Notes under the pieces: model-generated | What the model was told of the DNA's origin: nothing | What the model saw: only the letters and a program-made list of their open reading frames with translations | The model's database searches: none | Shown: positions 58,985 through 64,000 of the stretch, piece by piece | Numbering within the stretch: position 1 is the first letter of the stretch | Layout of the letters: each line of letters starts with the position of its first letter | DNA from: Candidatus Poribacteria bacterium | Lineage (GTDB): Bacteria > Poribacteria > WGA-4E > WGA-3G | Length of the DNA stretch: 64,000 nucleotides | Direction: 5' to 3' | Assembly: GCA_022822085.1 (NCBI GenBank) | Contig: JAJECK010000005.1 | Span: forward strand, 6,048-70,047 | Translations under genes and position numbers: made by a program

Positions 58985-60247
58985 CTATTTTTCTTTAATC
59001 TTATCCTTTAGTTGTGAATGATCTTTGAATATTCCGACGAGATTTGTCACCAACTTTTCGGGATCATGGCGAATAACGTTCATCTGAGCACCACCTAACC
59101 ATGTTCCAATTTCAGTAACAACCATGTCTCTAATAAGATCTGCCTCTACGACGATAATACCATCATCCTCAAGTTTTTCTATTTTAGGGTTATAGGACAC
59201 TTGAACTTTTGAAGCGTCCGCGACATGCATAGTTTCTGCAGAAAGCGATGAAATATCTTTGGATAAGTTCAGCACCTCAGTAAGATGTTCTGTATCATCA
59301 GCCAGCTTCGCAAGTCCTTCTTCAGCAAACGAACGAATACGGGTCAGTTGTGAGACCATTTCTTTCCGTACATACTCCTGCATAATTTCCTGCGGAGCAG
59401 GTTGGTTATTTACCAATACATAGTCAATTGGTATCTTGGCATGGTCAAGAATGGCATTGACATGATCAGTAACTGCATAACCGTCAGTCTCTCCTGGTTG
59501 GGTCATCACATTGCATACATAGATTTTCAGAGCGTTTGACCGTTGAATAGTGTCAACAATACCTTTAATCACCAGATTTGGCATAATACTGGTGTATAGG
59601 CTACCCGGTCCGATGATAATTGCATCGGCGTTAACAAGTGCTTCAATTGCTGTTTCGTGTGCTTTGCATTCATAACCTACGTCATAGTGATGTGTTTTCC
59701 CATTCTCACGCGGTTCAAAGAACACACGCTTTATCGGTTCACGATTTTCTCGGATCGGTATTGTTGATTCTCCTTTGACGATTTCTCCATCCGCAAGTTC
59801 TGCACATAGTACGGTATAATCTAATGTCACAGGAATAATCTGACCGCGCACAGATAACAGTCTTGATGCGGCTTCAATCGCCATCGGAAAGTTCCCTTTG
59901 AACTGCTCTGTCAGTGCGGTTAGCAATAGATTACCTATTGTATGTCCCCCCAGATCACCGTTGCTTGAAAATCTATGTTCAAATAGTCCAGCAAGTTCAT
60001 CTGCATCGGATAATGTGCACAACAATCTACGGATATCACCTGGAGGGAGCATATCAAATTCTTCAACAAGGCGTCCCGAACTTCCACCGTCATCAGATAC
60101 AGTAACGATCGCAGACAGACTGTCCAGGTCAATAATTCTATGGTCCCCGTTTTCTAAATCGGCAAATTGCTTAATTCCGCTAAGCAAAGCAGATAATCCA
60201 CTTCCACCACCAATGCAGGCAATTTTCAAAGACATAACCTCTCCCAA
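58985..60247 (-). CDS. yvcK: YvcK/CofD-family gluconeogenesis factor (UPF0052) with an approximately 90-aa C-terminal extension
   Basis: IACIGGGSGLSALLSGIK ... VTVSDDGGSSGRL motifs. Confidence 0.8.
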   Translation of the reverse strand: MGEVMSLKIACIGGGSGLSALLSGIKQFADLENGDHRIIDLDSLSAIVTVSDDGGSSGRLVEEFDMLPPGDIRRLLCTLSDADELAGLFEHRFSSNGDLGGHTIGNLLLTALTEQFKGNFPMAIEAASRLLSVRGQIIPVTLDYTVLCAELADGEIVKGESTIPIRENREPIKRVFFEPRENGKTHHYDVGYECKAHETAIEALVNADAIIIGPGSLYTSIMPNLVIKGIVDTIQRSNALKIYVCNVMTQPGETDGYAVTDHVNAILDHAKIPIDYVLVNNQPAPQEIMQEYVRKEMVSQLTRIRSFAEEGLAKLADDTEHLTEVLNLSKDISSLSAETMHVADASKVQVSYNPKIEKLEDDGIIVVEADLIRDMVVTEIGTWLGGAQMNVIRHDPEKLVTNLVGIFKDHSQLKDKIKEK

Positions 60248-60380
60248 CCTTCAATAACCACGTTTATTCATTTTATCCGTAAACTTGACTACCCCATAGA
60301 ATCACCATAATCTCCAAATTGGACGAAATTTGTCTGATTTTTCAATTCAAAGACTCAGATATTATATGTGACAAATAACG

Positions 60381-61796
60381 CTATTTAAGGTTTATCTGTT
60401 TCATTAACAAATTTAAACTTTTTAGTGTATCATCACAAAGCCTTTCTGCTTCAGATGCGGATGGTGCCTCACTGAAAACTCTAATTACTGGTTCTGTCCC
60501 GGATTTACGTATGTTCACCCATCTATCATCCCAAACGCGTTTGATCCCATCTGTCAACTCAAGATATGGTGCGGATTTCCCCGGGGTTGCTGATTTAATC
60601 TCATTTTCGGACATTTCCAAAGCAAGTTCAACGAGTTGGGTCGCAACTGCTTGAGATGGGATCTCAAATTTCTTTCTACACATCTCGTAGTTCGGTATAG
60701 CATCAACAAGTTCTGTCAATGTGATTTGTGATTCGACAAGATGTTGACTGATTGTTGCAATAGAGGTAATACCATCTGTCGTATAGTTGATAGACGGATA
60801 TATTATACCGCCTGTGCCTTCTCCACCTATAACAGCATTAACCTCTCGCATTTTTTCAACTACCCATCCCACACCAACTTTTGTTCTATGGAGTGTTACA
60901 CTATGTTTTTCTGCAATATCATCTAACATTCGACTTGTTGAAACTGTCGCAACGATGTCTCCTTTTTTCTTACGCAGCATAAAATCAGTTACAAACGCGA
61001 GTGTCCATTCTCCGCTGAGAGGAACTCCACAATCTGTCACAATCACGACCCGATCCGCATCACCATCATGGGCAAATCCGATATCTGCGTTGGTGTCCTT
61101 TACGACTTGACACAGTTCATCCAACGCATCAGGTGTAGGTTCAGCGGGGCGGCGGAAGTTGCCATCTGGTACATCATTTATTTCAACGACATCGCAACCG
61201 AGTTCCCGTAAGAGCACAGGACTAATCACACACCCCGCGCCGTTGCCACAATCAAGTGCTACCTTCAGATTGGATTTTCTGATTAAATTCACATCAAGCC
61301 ATGGGGAATTGAGGATCTGCTCCAGGTGTTGATGGACTGCATCTTTGTTTTCTTCAAGCCTACCTAATTTATTCCATGAGGCTAAAGCAAATTCCTCTGT
61401 TTCATATATCTGTGTCAACTCATCACGTTCTGTCTGTGACAGCAGTCTTCCGGATTCTGATGCAAACTCCATACCGTTCCACTCGACAGGATTATGGCTG
61501 GCAGTGATGGTAATACATCCTTGTGCCTTGAGTGTCTTTGCCATCAAGAGCACTGAGGGCGTAGGGCAGACTCCGACATCAATGACGTGGCAACCAGTAG
61601 CGAAAAGTCCAGATAGCATTGCATGCCGAATCATTGGACTGGAGGTGCGTGTATCACTACCTACAACTACCGTTTTTCCACCAACAAACGTGCCAAAAGC
61701 CAACGCGAACCGGGTAACAGTACGCATATCAAGCGAAACACCGACCTGCCCACGCACTCCTGAAACACTAATGATTGGATCTTGTGTTTTAGCCAT
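60381..61796 (-). CDS. Phosphoglucosamine mutase / phosphomannomutase (alpha-D-phosphohexomutase family)
   Basis: Active-site TASHNP. VSGVRG start. Start taken at the internal MAKTQDP. Confidence 0.85.
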   Translation of the reverse strand: MAKTQDPIISVSGVRGQVGVSLDMRTVTRFALAFGTFVGGKTVVVGSDTRTSSPMIRHAMLSGLFATGCHVIDVGVCPTPSVLLMAKTLKAQGCITITASHNPVEWNGMEFASESGRLLSQTERDELTQIYETEEFALASWNKLGRLEENKDAVHQHLEQILNSPWLDVNLIRKSNLKVALDCGNGAGCVISPVLLRELGCDVVEINDVPDGNFRRPAEPTPDALDELCQVVKDTNADIGFAHDGDADRVVIVTDCGVPLSGEWTLAFVTDFMLRKKKGDIVATVSTSRMLDDIAEKHSVTLHRTKVGVGWVVEKMREVNAVIGGEGTGGIIYPSINYTTDGITSIATISQHLVESQITLTELVDAIPNYEMCRKKFEIPSQAVATQLVELALEMSENEIKSATPGKSAPYLELTDGIKRVWDDRWVNIRKSGTEPVIRVFSEAPSASEAERLCDDTLKSLNLLMKQINLK

Positions 61797-61824
61797 AATA
61801 TCTCTTATCCAAAACAGCTCCCTG

Positions 61825-62616
61825 TTAATTGGTAGCTGCAAATGTTGGGGATCTATACAGTCCCCATGTCCACAGAAAACAAACACCACCAAGGACAAGC
61901 TGCCAGAAGCAACTGACATACCATGGTGGATATGAGTAAATATAATCTGTAAGCGGTGTTAGCGCATAAAACAACGGATTTCTAAAAATGTCCAAACCGT
62001 CAAAGATGTTACACACAGCAATCATCGGATTTAAATGCAGGACGGGATGAATCATCGGTGGTATGTTATCAATATATCGTGCTAAAGGTTTTAGAATAAA
62101 TGCACTTCCGATCAAAACTGCCCATATAAAACACGCAAATTCTGTTCCAAAAATCACATCCTTAAATACCCGAGCACCCCACATACCAACTGCTCCTGCA
62201 GAAAAACTATAAAGTGTCAGCACTATTAACATCGCCAACACTTTTCCGATTGATATCTCGGTAGTAAAAAAGGAAAAAGTTGTTGATAATAGTACCCAAC
62301 ACAATAGTGGAATTTGACTAATAATAAGCCTTTTTAATAAGGGATTAGCTGAGGGAATTGGATTGAGTAATAACATCTGCGCGGCTATAGGAGTCCGATT
62401 ATCAGTGTCAGTACGTGACGCTGCCAGATATGGTGCTACTAATAGTACTACGAACACTTGCGCAAGTGCAAAACATTCGGAAGATGATCCCAGATTGGCC
62501 TGTCTCAATAATTGAAATGTCAACCATAGTAAGAGACTCGCTATGCCATTTGATAAGAAGATGATTTTTATTTTGATACGATCTGTCTCATTAACAGTGT
62601 TCATGAGATTTCCCAT
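61825..62616 (-). CDS. Polytopic integral membrane protein of unknown function (6 or more TM helices)
   Basis: Hydrophobicity pattern only. Confidence 0.45.
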   Translation of the reverse strand: MGNLMNTVNETDRIKIKIIFLSNGIASLLLWLTFQLLRQANLGSSSECFALAQVFVVLLVAPYLAASRTDTDNRTPIAAQMLLLNPIPSANPLLKRLIISQIPLLCWVLLSTTFSFFTTEISIGKVLAMLIVLTLYSFSAGAVGMWGARVFKDVIFGTEFACFIWAVLIGSAFILKPLARYIDNIPPMIHPVLHLNPMIAVCNIFDGLDIFRNPLFYALTPLTDYIYSYPPWYVSCFWQLVLGGVCFLWTWGLYRSPTFAATN

Positions 62617-62617
62617 A

Positions 62618-63280
62618 CTATTCTTCTTCCTCTAACACGCGCCGAAGCTGAATAATTGCCTTAGCAATAGAGATAAGATTCGGATTAATTGTCAATGCTT
62701 GTTTGTATGACTCAATCGCATTCTCTATTTCACCTAATCTTAAATATACATGTCCCATACCGGCATAAGCACCAAAATGAAAAGGGTTAAGCTTCACTGT
62801 CTGTTTGCAATCTTCAAGGGATTTTTCCCATTCTCCGAGCACAAAACGGACAATCGCTCGTTGATTATATCCTTCAGCAAAATTCGGTGCAACTTCAATT
62901 ACTTCTGTAAATTGTTCATAAGCCTCTGAGAATTTCTCATTCTCTATATGTTTTTTCCCAGTATTTAGCATCTCGTCAATTTCATCATTCTCCGAGCGTG
63001 ACCATATATTCCACAAGGCTGTTTCTGCATTGATGGCTGCGCGATGATCTTTGTTTTTTAGGTTTTCTACTAGGACATGTGCTACGTTCATATCACCTAT
63101 CAATCCAAGTGCAGTGGCAGCCGATCGAACTACAAGCGGATCTTCGTTTTGTAGATAATTTACGAGATCATGGACTGTATATTTAGATGAAAGTACCTGT
63201 TTAAGATTGTCCTCATCTACATCATTTGTAAACATGAGTGCTGCTAATTCCGAATACCCGTTACCTGTTGGCATTTTCAA
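62618..63280 (-). CDS. HEAT/PBS-lyase-like plus TPR repeat protein
   Basis: EDPLVVRSAATALGLIGD (HEAT-like). TPR consensus in AEGYNQRAIVRFVLGEWEKSLEDCKQTVKLNP and AYAGMGHVYLRLGEIENAIESYKQALTINP. Confidence 0.55.
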   Translation of the reverse strand: MKMPTGNGYSELAALMFTNDVDEDNLKQVLSSKYTVHDLVNYLQNEDPLVVRSAATALGLIGDMNVAHVLVENLKNKDHRAAINAETALWNIWSRSENDEIDEMLNTGKKHIENEKFSEAYEQFTEVIEVAPNFAEGYNQRAIVRFVLGEWEKSLEDCKQTVKLNPFHFGAYAGMGHVYLRLGEIENAIESYKQALTINPNLISIAKAIIQLRRVLEEEE

Positions 63281-63428
63281 CCCTCCTCATACCAATTTGA
63301 TTATAACACATCTTTTTTCAAATGACAATTATAAGTCTATGGTATCTACTAACTTAAATGTTTGGTACAAATTGATAGACATGCTATAATTTACCGATAA
63401 AAAACTTGATTGCTAAAGGAATGCAACG

Positions 63429-64000
63429 ATGAATGAAACCTCAATAGAACTACTGAAATCCCTAACACAAGCAGATGGAATCCCCGGTTATGAAGGAGAG
63501 GTGAGAGATGTATTTCGTGATGCTGTCTCCGACGTTGGCCCGATTGAGACTGACAAACTGGGGAGTATTTTTTGTACCCGCGCAGGCAGCTCAGAAAAAC
63601 CCCGTATTGTCCTCGATTCTCATTTAGACGAAATCGGGTTTGTTGTAACAAATGTTACAGATAACGGTTTTGTCAAATTCCTTCCACTTGGCGGATGGTG
63701 GGGGCATACACTATTGGCACAACGGGTCAATATTACAACGAAGCAAGGTAAAATTCCGGGTGTAATCGGATCAACACCACCGCACTTGTTATCAGGTTCA
63801 CGTGATAAAGTGTTAGAAATAAAAGACCTATTTATTGACGTGGGAGCAGAGAATGAAGAACAAGCAGTGGAGGAATATGGTATCTTACCCGGTTGTCCAA
63901 TCGCACCTTATGGACCTTTTATGCCATTGATGAATGAGAAATTACTCACTGCGAAAGCATTTGACAATCGTGTCGGTGTTGCCCTTGTTATAGAAGCACT
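63429..64000 (+). CDS. M42-family aminopeptidase / CelM-FrvX-like protein (5' partial; runs off the window)
   Basis: DGIPGYEGEVRDVF...IVLDSHLDEIGFVVTNVTDNGFVKFLPLGGW...LTAKAFDNRVG is typical of M42 peptidases. Confidence 0.7.
   Translation, partial: MNETSIELLKSLTQADGIPGYEGEVRDVFRDAVSDVGPIETDKLGSIFCTRAGSSEKPRIVLDSHLDEIGFVVTNVTDNGFVKFLPLGGWWGHTLLAQRVNITTKQGKIPGVIGSTPPHLLSGSRDKVLEIKDLFIDVGAENEEQAVEEYGILPGCPIAPYGPFMPLMNEKLLTAKAFDNRVGVALVIEA

Noticed and set aside
63391-63651. 86-aa minus-strand ORF
   Set aside because: It overlaps the plus-strand M42 peptidase gene, which starts at 63429 and has clear family motifs. It has no RBS.

Overview
The window is about 40-43% GC, densely coded and bacterial. 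Several genes sit on the minus strand as one long cluster at 42..17012. This is a complete type II secretion (T2SS) operon in Xanthomonas xps-like order (gspE-F-G-H-I-J-K-L-like-M-position gene) that ends in two tandem paralogous secretins. The secretins are about 1000 aa each and roughly 85-90% identical, and a 2 x 69-bp tandem repeat lies between them. A sigma-70-family sigma factor and an nfuA-like gene are transcribed divergently from a 590-bp AT-rich region upstream of gspE.

The rest of the window holds: a tolC-like / HlyD-adaptor / ABC-ATPase efflux set with no permease gene; a GHMP-like gene translationally coupled to the ATPase; a glycan-degradation neighbourhood (arylsulfatase, pectate-lyase-like protein with dockerin-type repeats, beta-helix protein, PAP2 phosphatase); a RelE/ParE toxin-antitoxin pair; hflK-hflC; an orphan 2-oxoacid dehydrogenase E1-beta; an AAA-ATPase/PD-(D/E)xK protein; a class-III aminotransferase; rplM-rpsI-purA; tRNA-Lys(UUU) and tRNA-Glu(UUC) with a consensus promoter and a terminator; a poly-ferredoxin; a second GspC/PilP-like orphan; a group II PLP decarboxylase; gltX and glnS; yvcK; a phosphohexomutase; and a partial M42 peptidase at the 3' edge.

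Three things look most novel. First, an ECF sigma factor (41003..42349) carries two C-terminal beta/gamma-crystallin-like domains, and the adjacent single-pass membrane protein (42433..43056) carries a near-identical copy of that domain (about 95% nucleotide identity over about 300 bp). This looks like an undescribed sigma / partner pairing through a shared homotypic domain. Second, two tandem paralogous 800-aa proteins with no signal peptide (46393..51352) combine a duplicated helical N-region, one active (WCGPC) thioredoxin fold and one degenerate one, next to a poly-ferredoxin. Third, two small structured repeat families recur in intergenic DNA: MITE-like elements with ATGAAGATTAAG terminal inverted repeats, and REP-like GTCCC-TAC-GGGAC hairpin clusters with a conserved 70-bp tail. 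No integrase, CRISPR array or rRNA was found.
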